A DNA stretch of 63,968 bases, filler included, from Gonapodya sp. JEL0774 (lineage: Eukaryota): the NCBI GenBank assembly GCA_027604505.1. It is 5 parts of 5 records of this genome, joined end to end, with 100 filler letters (N's around TTAATTAATTAA, not from the genome) between each part and the next. Parts side by side here need not be neighbours in the genome. Positions count along the whole stretch, not along the records: positions 1 to 13,240 come from JADIIX010000329.1; positions 13,341 to 26,546 come from JADIIX010000330.1; 3 more parts are not named here. One strand, written 5' to 3'. The position numbers and the translations under genes were made by a program. Positions 1 through 14,444 of the stretch are shown here, in pieces (within the stretch, counting starts at the first letter, position 1; each line of letters begins with the position of its first letter). The notes beneath the pieces are model-generated. The model saw only the letters and a list, made by a program, of their open reading frames with translations. It had not been told where the DNA came from and did not search any database.

Positions 1-56
1 ATTTCGTTGACGTAGGCACGTTTAACCCAGGTTTTTAGTCCATCCGTCGCTCACAG

Positions 57-565
57 TCCCCGGCAACCCGCACCTCCTCCACTTCTTCTACAAATCTCGT
101 CCTGCCGTTCAGTACACGGAGATGCGACCCACTGGCCCTCTTGCGTATCGGCCGAGCTCCCCCTCCAGAATATTTACAGGTACCCTTGCGCCGCTCCCGC
201 TTCGTACCCCGATTGAACTGGCTAGCGCTGGCGATCTTGTGAGCGTTGAGCCACACAATCGCTCAGCAGACTCACTGCCCTCACCTGGAAGAGCGCCTGG
301 TCACCCGCTCCCATTGTATCCTCCTGTGCTCCTGATGTACAATCACGTCGCCTCCCTTCTCTCTCAAATGCCAGGGTCCAGGATTGCTCGGCTCTCCACA
401 GGTGTATACACTGTCGCGGCGATGGCCACTCCGAGGGAGGAGGTCTATGTTTGTGTAGGGCCGTGGTGTGAAGGGGTCGAAATGGACAAGGTTGTGAGAG
501 GGGTTGTGAAGTGGGGAAGAGACAAGATGGGTGAGATTGTGGTAGGAAATGCACCGGTATTCTAA
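57..565 (+). CDS. MON1: Vacuolar fusion protein Mon1-like, last exon (5' part outside window)
   Basis: After the acceptor tcacag at 56 the frame reads PGNPHLLHFFYKSRPAVQY...EVYVCVGP...VVKWGRDKMGEIVVGNAPVF*. This resembles the Mon1 third longin domain (LxHFxYKS motif and the KW...APxF C-terminus). Confidence 0.65.
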
Positions 566-1318
566 ATTCTGTGAATCTAAGAGTAAATTTGAGCAATCGT
601 CAGTTTATTATGAGATTGGATCTGGGATTTTGCCAGACGAGCACGCACTAAAACATGTAGAATAATAGTTCGCACGCAAGTCAGCACATAGAGCACATAG
701 TAGTGTTATGTCAAAAATGCGATATGGCAACGTGCTTTGTATAATAGTTCTGTTCATCAGCTGTGCGCCTCACCGTTCGCGTTGTCGTGTGAGGTGATGG
801 AAGGGGGTGATGGGAAGCAGAACCAACCAAACAAGGCGCCCCCGGCACCCTCATCAACAACTTGTTGCGCAGTCCAGCCCCAGAGGTGTCCATACCCCAC
901 CAAGGCAAAGCGTGGAGGTATAATTTTATTTACCATGAAACCTCAAAACCTCATAAAGGCATTTCTCGACCCGACTTTGCTCGACATTATGACATTTTTG
1001 GAAGAAAGGTTCCGAACTTACGTGCCCATCGTGATAACGGAACTGTGATAAATGAAACATGAGTAACTTAAGCTAGCAGCCCAACTCGTATGGAGATTAT
1101 TTTGAAGATCCGCACTTTCCTCGTAAGATCTTTTTCGCTTCTTGTGCTTGGGTCGCCGAGTGGGAGGCCATGGGCGTTTTCATCCCTTCAGCCCACACGT
1201 TTTTTAGGGTTTCCAAATAACGGCAAAACAGAACCAAACAGATAAACATCCGACGAGTCAATCGAAATCTCCGTGCCTTCTCTCAACTCGCTGTGGCAGG
1301 TCGTTGTGACTCCGGGAA

Positions 1319-4300
1319 ATGGCGTCCATGTTTCGAAACCTCAACATCTTCAAACCGAGCGCGGAAGGGGAACCGAGAAACGAGGTAAATGACCCCCAGG
1401 CAAGACAGGCTGCTCCAGGCGGCATGTCAGCCGCTGCTAGGTCGACAAATCAGGTGAGTCTCCGGGCTATGGATGCGGTCCTGGGGAACGTGTTTGCAGG
1501 TGTTTGTCCATTCCCCTGTGACACACCACGGGTGCCGGAGATAGGACGGGGACATACCGGATTTGATACAAAATCGAGATAGTATGCCGTAGACAGAAAG
1601 GGCGACAGCTTCGCAGTCATTCTAAGGTTTGCATGGAGGACTTCGTCCCATACCCCGGAAACAAGGGGCCTCTTGCCATCACTTATCGACGGTACGGCAA
1701 CAACCCAGCCGGACAAAGAATGAGCTCCCAAATACATAGAGTTCAGCGCACCACATGAGAACTTGTGAAACACTCTGTGCAAGCAAGGGACATTTGAGGG
1801 ATCACCAACACAGCCACCTTCATTGTTCTGTTTGACGGTTCGAGGTCTTCTCACTGTGGTTAAAGCTTCATTGTTATGTCGTGTTAACGGTACTGTATTT
1901 GTTGTTGCTCGACAGCGTGACCCGTGGACCGATTCGTTCAACTCGGATCGAGAGGATTTACAAAGTCGATCTGTGAGTTACCATACCCATCCTCTCACTT
2001 ACCATCCTAGCAACTGAAAGCTTACTGCGCCCCTCATTCAGAGCAAAGAACATACCGCCATCTCCAATCACCCCACCAGTATCCCGGCAACTTGGTCGAG
2101 CTCTGCACCACCCAACGCTCGCGAACAACGCAGCTCGTGGTCTCCTTTCAGTCTCGGTGCAAACCTTGCCCGTCACTCACTCACTCCCCAGCCGCAGTCC
2201 GGGGAGTCGCCGTTCGACAGAGCGCCTGGCGCCCCGTTAATCACTCGGACTTCTTCGTACGCTTCTGATCCAGGGGTGAGCTCCGGCGCACCAGGAACAT
2301 TTGTGCGCGCAGGTGGGATGGTTGGCGCTCCATGGGAGGGCGGTTCCGTGGATATCGATGTGGCAAAACTACAGAAACCAACGAGGGTGGTACTGGTGGA
2401 GAACTTGCCTGCCTGGGTCTCCACAGCAGGGCTATGGAAAGTGTTCGAGGTGAGTTTGTCAGTTCGTTCAGAAGGTGACAGCAATTTTTTGAGTCAAGGA
2501 GAGGTGCAATGTGAACCATTGCGTGTTCTGACGAGCACCGATTTTGGGTCTGTGGAGTTGTCATACACTGTCGCAATATTCTTGACATTTCCCCCCTCGA
2601 ACGTCCCTTTCCAGCCGCACACGAGTATCCGTAGACTCTATCGCCCAACTCACCCACCAACCACTGCGTTCCTTTGCTTCCATGATCTCCGATGCGCTCA
2701 GTCGGCTCTGCTGAAGCTCCGAGACATGCAGCCAGGTGGTCAGCCACTCAAAGCACGATTTGTGGACGAGCCAGCGGTTTCTGTGTTTGGAAATGTGGAT
2801 GCTTCTGAAGTGGAGGACATCGTCGGAAACAGGGGAACTGTCCTCTTCAGTAGTGTAAACGGGGACCTCGTTGCAGAAGACCTTGTACAGGGGGTACAGG
2901 TATGGACGGAATGTTTGCTCATGTTGGGAGTCATTTCATTCTGAACTGCTTTTCCGGACAGTCTATTTGTACGTCATTCGGGCCACTTCGACGTGTGTAC
3001 ATAATGACCAACGCTGCAGGCGTTTGCGCCGAATACTGGGATGTACGCAGTGCCAGGAGATGTGCGGAAGAATGTGGCAGTGTCGGAGGAGTCGAAGTTG
3101 GGGTGGGTACTACTTCTCGTCCTCCTGCACTTGGCAACTGCTGAACTTTGGGCAATGATCTACTCCACAGGGGGTCCATCTGAACGTTGAGCTGATGTTG
3201 CCTGTGGGCGCGGTTGCCCCAACGGCCACATCATTACAATCCACCCCTGCCGGACCAACTCTCGTGGCGCCTCCATTGCCAAGCCACCTCCGTCCTCCAG
3301 CAGCAGCTCGCAATGTGTTGTCATTCTCTGACTTCGAGGACTTGCGTCGCCGCCATGGGGGTGGATCTGGTAACTCTTCTGTCGCCCCTTCGCCTTCTCG
3401 GCTCAACCTCCCCGTGCCCGATGACCCACCGTCCGGCCGCGGTTCGTCGCCGTCAGTTTCGGACCGTGGAAATGACTCATCTCCTACGCCCGATACACTT
3501 CCTCCGTCAATGGCGCTCAACAGAAACGGTTCTCCGTCCTTGCTGGGACTATCTCCGCAAGTGGAGGACCTCGGAGAAATTTCCGCGTATTTGTCTGGGC
3601 CACTCAGAAGTGCGAGACCACTCAGTCATGCTTCAGCGAACAGCTCCGATTTCCCTCAAGAGTTTGCCACCCTGACCCTTGGTGGGTCTGCCGATCAATC
3701 TGGTTACTCTTCCGCTGGTGAACTGGAAAGCCGCCGCTCGATGCCGGCCGGCGCTGTTCCTTTCTCCGGAGCTGCGCTTCACGAGTTTCCACGTCGCGGT
3801 GGCCCTAAAGGATGCGCGGAGAACCCCAATCCTGGACCGAGAATGATTCCTAAGGCCAACGAGATCAACTTGTGGAGGGTGATGATGGGGTTGGACAAAC
3901 GGTAAGTCCTCTCTTGACGGTGCTTGGCATCGGCTTTCTCTATTAATGGCATGCTTTCCTCGCTTATAGCACCACTTGCATGGTTCGGAACATCCCGAAC
4001 AAGTATTCTCAACAGATGCTCATTGACTTTGTGGACGAAACCCACCGGGGACATTACGATTTTTTGTACCTTCGCATCGACTTTAAGAACCAGTGTAACG
4101 TTGGCTACGCTTTCATCAGTGAGTGGGCCCAAGGCATCAAAGTGCAAACGCTGGAGTTTTTACAAACTTATGTCATTTTCAGACTTCATCGATCCCTCAT
4201 CCATCGTTTCATTCGCGCACAAAGTGGTTGGAAGGAAGTGGAGCAAGTTCAATTCGTGAGTTGGAAACTCGTTCCAGCAGGCGGAGAACCACACAGCTCA

Positions 4301-4854
4301 AGCTCGTTTCCACACACCCCGACAGAGACAAGATTTGCACTTTGAGCTATGCAAACATCCAGGGCAAGTCTGCTCTCATTGAAAAATTCCGGAATTCGAG
4401 GTGCGTAATTTGATTTACTTATGTCAAGGATATCTGCTTCTGTTTCTGGCTGACACAATACGTCCTACCCGCCAGCGTTATGCTAGAAGATCCGACGTAC
4501 CGGCCTAAGATTTTCCACTCGACTGGCCCTCAGCGTGGTGCCGAAGCCCCGTTTCCACCTCCCACGATTATTCTTCGCAAGGCCCCAGGAGCTCCAAGTG
4601 CCGCAAACCTCCGAGACTCGACGTATTCACGTGATTCCGCTTATGGCTCCATCCGTGAATCCCTCCAGGACTATGTAGAGCCCACTCCAATGTACAACTA
4701 CTTGGCGGCCCAGGAGGAGGAGAGAGCGATTTTGGGACTGGTGCCAGGGAGGAGGATCTCGGAAGGAGCTCTTAACTTCGTGGGGGACGTGAGCGCGCTT
4801 GGTTCCCTTGGAATGACAGGTGCTGGGCCAGTTTACGGACGCCATGACTGGTAG
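1319..4854 (+). CDS. mei2: Mei2-like RNA-binding protein (multi-exon; N-terminal RRMs plus Mei2-type C-terminal RRM)
   Basis: [46 protein letters not shown] (from 3980), GRKWSKFNS and [36 protein letters not shown] are the Mei2 RRM3 signature. RRM-like segments lie at 2380-2760 and 2960-3070. GT-AG introns are present. Start codon and 5' exons are approximate. Confidence 0.85.
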
Positions 4855-6622
4855 TCGGTGGAAGAGCTGGCTGGAAATGTTGGATGGACGCAGTCGAAAA
4901 CAAATGTTTGAGTGAAGTGGATTCACACGATGTTATTTTTGAGCAGTTGGACCTGTCCCCCTTTTGCATACTTGACTTCTTCAGAGGATCCAGTTTCTCG
5001 TTTTGACGTGCCGACAGTGTCGCACCATGCAGCGGCTATTCCCCTCACTCGATTCAGCAAGCTCCCCACTGTCGCGAATTTTTTTTTTTTTTTTTCGCTT
5101 CCAATTTGGCAGCCTTATGCGCCGTACTTTTTTTACTGTCGACCGAGGAAGATAAGGACGAGTGATCTCTTGCCCGGGTGACGACCAGATGCGCAGATTT
5201 CAGTGCACGGTACTTTACGGCGCGGGCGCTGGAAAAGCAAGGGAATCACTCCCCCGTTTAGACTTCGATACTTCTTACGTTTTCCCTTTCTTTTTTTGGG
5301 GGGCTCCGGGACACACACGTCCTTTACGCTGTGCCGAATCGGGCGCGGGCGTTGGGGAATTTTTGGGAAAGGACACTACACGGTCTCTGCAAATCCCCAT
5401 TGGCGCCCTCCGCTGAATCAAATCTTACTCACACGAGCAATGAGGGGTTAGCGTGGGGATTTGGTCAAATTTAGAGCAATCTTCTTCACGTGTATAAAAA
5501 CAGCTAAAATCAATCACGACCGCAAAATTCCTTCATGAAATCGGTATCACTTCGAGTTCCTAATATTGGGCGAATATTTTTCTCATCGAGTGGTCGCTGA
5601 ACAGTCCATTCATCTGTTTGTGAATTATGATTAAACGGCAGGCAAGAAACGATCCACTTACTCTCCTACATCTACCGGAGTGAAGTTTTTGCTATTTTTC
5701 ACACCTTTGGAAGCACCGCGGGCGAGCAGAGCCGAGACAAGTTCTTCGGCACCAAGGAGTGCGGCTGTCGCAAGTTACATGGTAACAATCATGATGTTGG
5801 TGGACTGGAGGAGAATTGCGCCAAGGACAAAATCATCATGAGCATACCGAGATGAAGCGATGTGTTTCCACCCTAATGCCAAAATGTGGATTGGTGGGGT
5901 GAAAAGTTGGGACTCCACAACCATATCATCTGACTTAGACACCCACTCCAAAAGTTGCGTCCAGGTCTTCTTTGAATGTTGCGTCGATTATATCCTTCGC
6001 AATGTCATCCTGGCCAGTGAACAGTGCCAGTTGGAGACCGTTCACGCTCCCGACATAAGCTCCCTTTTATGTAAGCGACAAAGCGAAAATCGACTTTGGG
6101 GGAAGATTCTGGCATTATGGCAACCTTGGAGCTCACAAGAAACTTGAATGCATCCATTTCTACATCGTCATCGAACTTCGCAGCGGAGTCCTTCCCCCTC
6201 AATGACGTTACCCCCTTGTCGGCTTGCAGCATCCTTCTCACTTTATGAATGATAGAGTATGATGACGGTGAAGCCATCGTGGATGATGAAAAACCACAGG
6301 CCTACCCTCTTTGCTATCTCCTTGTTTGATAGCAGTGAAGAATCCCTGGCGCAATTCCATCAAGATTGTAGGGCATGTTACGCCGATTGTGATGGCAATG
6401 TGAAGGACGATCACGAGTTCAATCGATGGAACTTTAAGATTGCTCGCATTGCAGTTGCTCCCAGTGTGTGCTCACTTGAACATCGTTAGCGGCCATTTAC
6501 AGTTTCAGATGAATTGTGTATGTGAAGGGGACAGATGGACACACAACTTACTTCGGCACTAATTCTCAGAAACGCGGACACAATTCCATTTGGTTCCCAA
6601 TCACAAGAGTTCAACACACTCC

Positions 6623-9600
6623 ATGTCTTCAAAGTCGTGGCGCCCGCTACCTAGGGGCACTTTCGGGGTCGCGATACATTCGTTCATCCCGGTGACACCA
6701 ATCGCAGCCGAGGGTGACGGCGTGTCCACGAATGCTAGCGCCGCATTCAAAGCCCAAATCTCCCTCGAGGTGAGATTTTTGCGTCTTGAATGGCAAGGAG
6801 CGTTAAGGGGTGAACCTGGTCGGCTGACTGTGGTGTATCATCACGGTCGTTGCAAAACGGACACACCGATGGTCTGTTGCACGGAACGCCGGACATGGCT
6901 TTACATTAACGTGAATCCCATTCAAACATGAGAGAAGTTCTTTCTGGAAAAGTCAGAGACCGGTCATCTTCCTGTGGTTTCTGAGTGAAGTCAACCTCCC
7001 CCCCAACCGTCTTTCTCCCTCCCCAATTTCACAAGGTCGGTGACAACATTCATCTTCTAGAAGAAGGTCCAGCCGGCTGGCTACGTGGATACGTATTTTC
7101 GACAATGAACTTGTCCACCGACTCGCCTAAGTTGGGGATATTTCCTGGAAATCATGTGTACTCTCGCAGACTCGCTGACCGCGGGCTCAAGTCACCGCTT
7201 CCGATGGATGATGACAACGCGGACGAATCTGTCTTCTTTGGTGATCAACCAACCCCCTCAGGCCAACCGGCCGTTGCTCTCGATTCTGAGAGTCAATTGC
7301 AACCAAGTAGCCGTCGAAAAGTCGTCCTCGCACAGCAACTTCCAAAACCTCTTCAACCATCGCACGACACAGTAACTGGCTCCCTGGATCCTCTGGTAGA
7401 TGATATTTCTCGTGCTCTCCGCTCTTGGTCGGTGCACCTTCGCCAACTTCTGACAGCTCAACGGTACAAGGACTTCTCACAACTTCGGGCACTTTTCAAT
7501 TCCCTCTTTCAACAGCGGCGTCAGCTTGTGTCGCGAACTATGACACCGGAGGAGCTCGCGCGGGTCCGACGGTCCGTTGTTGCACAACTCCACGAAGGAG
7601 CATCACTTTTGGGGACAGACTTCATTATTCGTGGATCCGATGGCATTGTGCTAACCGAAAATGATATTGGGGTGGTTGGAATGTATAGACGTCACGTGGA
7701 CCTTGCTGATCGCGCTTTGGCCGGGAGTTTATCCTCCCCATCTCCGAGTGACGATCATGATGCCGACGTGCAGGCCGCATATCGACCCCGACGGGACTCA
7801 CCCGGATACATTCAAACACGAATTCAAGACTTGGAAAGCAAAGTGTGGCATCTCTGGGTTGAGGTGCGGGCAGTGGTTGCTCTATTGTGCACGGGAGCTG
7901 AAAGTGCGGAGTTGGCGTTCAGCGTCTACAATAGACGAGAGGCCAGAACGGTATCAGAAGATTATGTGGTCCATCTAAACAGTCAGGTGCGTGACGCAGT
8001 GATGCTTTGCATTGAATCACGGTATTGATTTTCTATAAACTTAAAACCTATTTTTTATGTAACTTTGCTATTTCGTATCAGGGGCTACCTCAAGGTGCCG
8101 ATAAGACTGGTCGCGTTCGCACTATTTTTACGGATCTTTCTGCTAAGGAACTAGGCGGCGATAACATGTACCTTGTTTGTCGGGTCATTCGAAACCAAAG
8201 ACTAGAGGCCGGTGGAGGTGGTGGAGCAACCGTCGAGTCCAGTGGTAACCAGACCAGTGGTCAAGGATTCAGTTTTCTGAAAGCAATGGGAGGTCAGAGA
8301 GATGACGATCAAACGGCGGTTTGGGTAAGGAAACCTATCGGAGTCGGGATTCTGAGGCTGTCGGAGGTTGTTGGGACCAAACCGAAAGAAGGCCGTGGCG
8401 AGAGCTATATGGTGAATTTCTTTTTCGCGCTTGATGTTTCCTTATCTCGTTTATAAAACTTGGACTCGCACCAAACAGGATATTGTTGTCCCGACGCAAG
8501 AAAACGCCTGGCATAATCTTCACGAGGCCATTATCAACGAATCTGCGTATGAGGTGTCTTCTCAATCACGGATGGTTTGCCTTGCTCTTCGTGCCCTTGA
8601 GGGTGATTTGAAAGCTCTGGTCCGACAGACCAGCGGCACGGTGACCTCTGGTGCGTTCTTAACCCCACGCTGCGGTTACGGAGACGTGCTACCACCTGGA
8701 GACGAGCGTAATTCCTTATACGTCACATTGGTTGGAGCCGATCTCGCTCAAAATAAGAAGGGGAACTACAAAACCTTCGAAATTGCCCTGCAAGTGCGGC
8801 TAAATACTGGAGAAATCGTAGAGAAAAGCATCGCCCGAACACATGGAGGAGATGCCAAGGTCACTATGTTTGAAACAGTGGTTATATATCATGTTTCGAA
8901 CCCTAAGTGGAATGAGACCATCCGCATCGATCTTCCCCCCGATGTATTCGCACAGTCTCACCTTTTGATTGCTGCCCGGGGATTATCGATCAAAGAAAAG
9001 GGTGAAAAGACAGAGCGAGCTTTTGCATTCGCCTGGCTGCCTCTGATAAATTCTCGAAGCGAATCGGTTGTCGCGGACGGGCAGCGTGTTCTCAACTTTT
9101 TCAAATGGGATCCGAAAGTATTGCAAAGCGCTGGTTATTTGCAAGACAGCGCAGCAAGTGAGTGCAAATCCTCACCTCTACAAGTGATGCGATGATGCTC
9201 GCAATGACCATATTTCTTTCTATGACTATTGAAGGCACGGAAATAATCACCGTCACCAGGGACACAGTCACAATAAGCACCCAGCTGCATTCTACAAAGA
9301 TTCCCCAAAGTGCGTCCCTTGTAAATCTACTACGCTGGCGCCAAACACTTGCTCTGGCTCAAGGCAAACTGGATGTCGGATTGATTCTCCGAGAAGTGTC
9401 ACTCGTGGGCGAAGCTGAGGTCATTAAGTTCCTTGAGGTGATTCTCGAGACTTTGTTTGCCGTGCTTGAGGATCAACCGGTCGCCGGAAACACTCGTGAG
9501 GCAGAGCCCATTGACTGGGTTTCAGCGCCTCGAAAATCAAAAAATGCAGTCGACTCCGTTCTCGAATCTCTGGTTTTTGTTCTGGGAATCGTCATGGATA

Positions 9601-12600
9601 AACGATTTGTAAATCACAGGCCTTCTCTTGATTCCTTTATCGAGAAACGGTTTTCGAGTACGAAATCGTGGGTACACATTTTACAGTCACTCTGCACATT
9701 GCTTGTGGATGCCCCCTCCGTCGTCCAGAAAGCCAAGGAGCTCAGAAACGCTATCAAAGTCTGGAACTACATTTTGCGACTTGCCATAAGGTCAGGCGAG
9801 CTGGCAGTCGCGAGAGACCCAGCTACAGCTGAGGAAACATTGCGGGCTCTGAAAGCCAGTCTCTTTTCTGTGAGTGGAACGATTTGCCGTCGGAAATGTG
9901 ACTCTATGCGATTGGCGTTTCTCAATCACGGTTGGGTCCTTAATCAGGTATTTGATGCAGTAGAAAAGATGATGGCTCTTGTGATTCCAGACACTGTGAT
10001 CGGTGCGCAAACACTAGCACTTCAGTACTCTACTCGATTGGTTCCTGAGCTCCGTCGTATTTTCAATTTGGATGAAGTAGCAGGTGCGTGGTGTGTCGAA
10101 AATTCTATCGCGGCAATCGTTCGATCACTCCAATTAATTCATTCGCCTTATCAGCAATATTCGTCAAATTCGCAGACTCGGTCAAGAACAATCGGCCTAC
10201 AGTTCTTGCGAACCGCCTGGCGTTTGCAAAAGAGCTTCTCCACACCGACCTTGTCTCTGAGCCGCGTGGTCGGCTCTTCATTACTGCAAGCGTTGTTCGT
10301 TGGGTTCGAGAGTGTATCGATGGAGAGTGGGAACGCAGCCTGACTGACCATCTCGAGTATGCAAAAGCTGCAGCACATGAGGTTCGAAACCAAGGCCTAG
10401 CTTCGTCCATTCAGGCAACACTCAATACGCTCAGGTCCAGCGAAATGCGAAAAGCTCACACTGTGTCTTTGAGGCAAGCTCTTGTGGTTGTTGCTGAACT
10501 GGTTGAATGTGTGCAAGCTTGGGTCTCTGACGCACAATCAAAAGAGGACGTGCATGCCTCGCACAGATTAGATGCTCAAGATGGTACCACGCAAGAACCG
10601 CAAACTGGTGTTCATGTCCGTAGCGTGGGCGATCCACTGTCTCTAATTGGAGATCTCATTCCACGACTTCTCGAGACCTATACGGAAATCCTTTCGAGTG
10701 ATGTTGGAGGACAGTCGTCTTCCATCGGTCTCACTCATGACATGAGTCCAGACATGGTCGATTCACTTCCGCTGGCCAGTGGAAAGGATAATCGCTCCTC
10801 CATGTTTGGCTTCGGAGTCATGGACGGACTCGCTACCACACGGATGCCTCACGCGATTGGATCCTGGTCGAGCGCAGTTTCATTACAAGACACATCTGCG
10901 AGTGGTTCGAATAATTTGCTACCAGCTGTCACTCCATCAACACGGCAGAAGGCAACGTCCGCGACCGAAATCGGCGAGCTCTCGACCATTTTTTTGGCAA
11001 TCTTGCATTGCTTAACGCCAATCCACATCCGCAATTTTTTTCGCGATCATCACAAGCTCAATGGGTTTAATGCGACGATAATTATCATGGAGCAACTTTT
11101 GACAGTGTTGCAGAATTTGCTAGAGGAGAATAGAGCATTCCCAGTGACATGGTGCAACATGAATCTTCTCTCACAAAAACTCGTGCTGAAATGCCTCGAG
11201 GCCGTTAGTGATCTGTTGAGCAAAGAGTATATCCCGAAACCAGACGATGATTTGGAGGAGCAGCAGATCGGTCTGAGGCGTGGCGTATGGACCAACTACT
11301 TGCTTCTGCTCTTTCAGTTACTGGATAATCCGTTTGCGCAAGTGGAAACATTTGAACCTCAGAAGCGAAGGGTAGTAGATGTACTCGACTCTGATGTGCG
11401 CAATCCTGCATCAAGGCTCCTTAGATCGATGTGGGATGTGCTTGGCGATGCTCCATCCGACTCTGCGCCTTCCTCTTTCGAACAGCCGAAAGCACTTCGT
11501 TCAACCTTTCAGCTTGCGTTCATTCCTACTCTGGTGGGACCAATTTTGAATCTCAGCTTCGCACCTGATGTGGCACTGAAGAGCTGTGCACTTGATATCC
11601 TGTGCTCCATGTTCGAAATCGAATGGCTTCACAAATCTAATTTTGTGTGGATGGAGCATGAAATATTGAGGATATATGAAAATCTTATCCTCGTTGAGAG
11701 GCTGGGCGCTCCTGAGTATGGGAAAACGTTCACAGACGGACTGGAGCACCGATTTGCCCCATTTGCAGCGAGAAACCCCGCTAGTCGCGTTCCATGGAGA
11801 TTACTAGTTACCAACATCCGATCTTTTCTCGAAGTTGCCCTCATGTTTATAGACATACCTACAACCAAAGAATTCGAGGATGACCGAATGGCCGCACTTC
11901 TTAAAATTATTCGCTTATCGAGAAATCTGAAGTCACCAGTACCATACTTGAAGCGGATTCACATGCTTGAGGATATGCTCGAAAAGTCGAACTGCAATGT
12001 TGAGGCTGGTATTGCATTGAAATTGCATGCTGAAACATTGCAATGGTCAATTGATCAAGCAGTGGAGGCGTACCCAGATATTGGTCTTCCTGATAGTCAG
12101 CTTGAGTTTGAAAGAAAAGAGTTAATATACTTGCAGATTTTGGACCTCTTCGAAAGAGGCAAAGGTGAGTTCGCAGATCCATTCTATGCGTGTGCGGGGC
12201 TAACACGGTATTTCAGCCTACGAAAGAGCAATCGAGATCTGCAAGGAGCTCGAGTATCAAGACGAACGTTTGACATTTGACTATGCGCGTCTCGGAGAAA
12301 TCTTGCGCAAGAGAGCGTCATTATACGAAAAGATTCAGAACGAAGAGCGCTACTATTCGGCGTACTTCCGAGTGGGGTATTTTGGGAAAAGATGGCCGGA
12401 CTCCCTCCGCAACAAGTTGTTCATATACAAAGGACACGAATGGGAGAAGATCGCACCCTTCTGTGACAGAATTCTGGACAGATATCCCGATAGTCAGCTT
12501 CTCCGACAGGCGCAGCCTCCTGGAGCAGACGTCAAAGAAGGAGACACTCTGTACATACAAGTGCTGTCCGTTAAACCGGAGCAAGACTGGGCCCGAGTTA

Positions 12601-13240
12601 TTTGGCTCCGACAACGACTTTCTGACAGTGGTGAACCGATTGACAGAGTAATTGACGACCTCGCGGGAATCTCCGGTAATCAAGCCGTCAGCATTCAGCC
12701 CGTTTGTATCACGAAGCAGCTGGAGCAATTTGTGGAGTTTAAGTTGAGCGCGGTGGACGAATTTCAGGATCTGGACGTGGATAGTATTCCGGCTTTCGTT
12801 CGGTCCTACTATGAGTCAAACGAAATTTGTGTCTTCTCTCTGACAAGACCATTCAAAAAGAAAACTGAGAGGAGTGGCAAGCCAACAAATGAGTTTTTGG
12901 AGCTTTGGACAGAAAAAACTTTGATGGTCACCGAGAATCGCTTTCCAGGTCTTCTTCAGCGCAGTGAAATAATCTTCCAGAAGACTATTGAACTGAGTCC
13001 GATCGAAAACGCTGTTATTGCAATGGTCAACAAGAACAGAGAGATCATGGCCCTTGCGACCAAGTACGAGACCCTTTCAAACTCAGAGAAGTCAGCAGAT
13101 CACGCTCGTGCCAGTGGTAATGGTGCTGCTGCCAAGCAACCCGTAGCGTCAAAGCCACCTCCAATGATCAATATTAATCCGTTGACAATGTCACTCAATG
13201 GCGCCGTGGATGCGCCTGTGAATGGTGGTGTTCCGATGTA
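6623..13240 (+). CDS. DOCK-family (Dock180-like) Rho/Rac GEF: SH3, C2/DHR-1, DHR-2; 3' end cut at spacer
   Basis: N-terminus WRPLP..FGVAIHSF plus SH3 (GWLRGY...GIFPGNHV). DHR-1: YHVSNPKWNETIRIDLP...HLLI. DHR-2: YFRVGYFG..P..LRNKLFIYKG..WEK, LSPIENA and LTMSLNGAVDAPVNGG. Several short GT-AG introns. Confidence 0.93.
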
Positions 13241-13340
13241 NNNNNNNNNNNNNNNNNNNNNNNNNNNNNNNNNNNNNNNNNNNNTTAATTAATTAANNNN
13301 NNNNNNNNNNNNNNNNNNNNNNNNNNNNNNNNNNNNNNNN
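13241..13340. other. Artificial contig spacer (44 N + TTAATTAATTAA + 44 N)
   Basis: The 12-mer places stops in all six frames inside N runs. Genes on both sides are truncated. Confidence 0.97.
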
Positions 13341-13430
13341 ACGACAGGGCCTCAACTCCTTCCGCGGCTTCTCCTCCAAAGTCGCTGCCGAAATCTCCCG
13401 TCTCACGGGTTTCCCCTTCCTTCCCGCCCC

Positions 13431-13463
<33 letters not shown>

Positions 13464-14444
13464 GCTGGTCGAGGCCAGCGGGGCGTTGAACACGGTGGCG
13501 GTCAGTTTGTTCAAGATCGCCAACGATGTGAGACTGCTTGGGTCTGGACCCAGGTGTGGGTTGGGCGAGTTGAGCTTGCCAGAGAACGAGCCGGGGAGTT
13601 CCATCGTGAGTAAGGGGGGTGGGGAGGGAGAGAGGGGATGGTCTTTTGTTCTGATGATTTGGAGTGGCGGTGGTGGTGACACCTGTGCTCGTTACACACC
13701 CTCGTGATCCGGACCCCGCAACCCAACCACCGCCCCCCGTTTGTTGCACGTGCAGATGCCCGGGAAAGTCAACCCGACTCAGTCCGAGGCCATGACAATG
13801 GTGTGCGCGCAGGTTATGGGGAACAATAGTGAGTCGGCCGGCGCAATCCCGTCCGCTGTCCCCTCTCCATCCCCACACACCACCTTTCCCCTTTTCCCTT
13901 CCCCACCGCCCCCACCCCCCTCCTCCCAAAGCCGCCGTCACCGTCGCCGGCTCCTCGGGGCACTTTGAGCTGAACGTCTTCAAGCCCGTGATCATCCGCA
14001 ACGTTCTCCACTCTGTTCGCCTCCTGGCCGACGCGTGCGAGTCCTTCACCAACAACTGCGTGGTGGGGATCGTGGCCAACGAGAAGAGGATCGACCAGTT
14101 GTTGCACGAGAGTTTGATGCTGGTCACTGCGTTGAATCCGTATATTGGGTATGATAGTGAGTAGCGGGCGGCGGTGTGACTAGACCCCTGCGTGTGCGGG
14201 GCGTGGGGGGACAGATCTAAAGCACCAACCATCACCACACCCCTCTCCCCCCCGCCCCCCGCCAGAGGCTGCCAAAACCGCCAAAAAAGCCCACAAAGAA
14301 GGCACCACGCTCAAGGAAGCAGCCATCAGTCTGGGTTACCTGACCGAAGCCGAGTTCGCCGAGTGGGTCCGCCCAGAGAACATGATCGGGCCGAGGGAAC
14401 CGCCGCAGCCGGGGGAGTCGGTTAAGTTGGAGGCGGGGCACTGA
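13341..14444 (+). CDS. FUM1: Fumarate hydratase class II, C-terminal half (5' part missing), 4 exons
   Basis: [42 protein letters not shown] (fumarate lyase signature split by an intron), [24 protein letters not shown] and [15 protein letters not shown]. Confidence 0.97.

Noticed and set aside
13285..13296. TTAATTAATTAA recurring about every 13 kb (also 26591, 39877, 52946) as a biological repeat
   Set aside because: It is a six-frame stop linker embedded in N runs, an assembly artefact.
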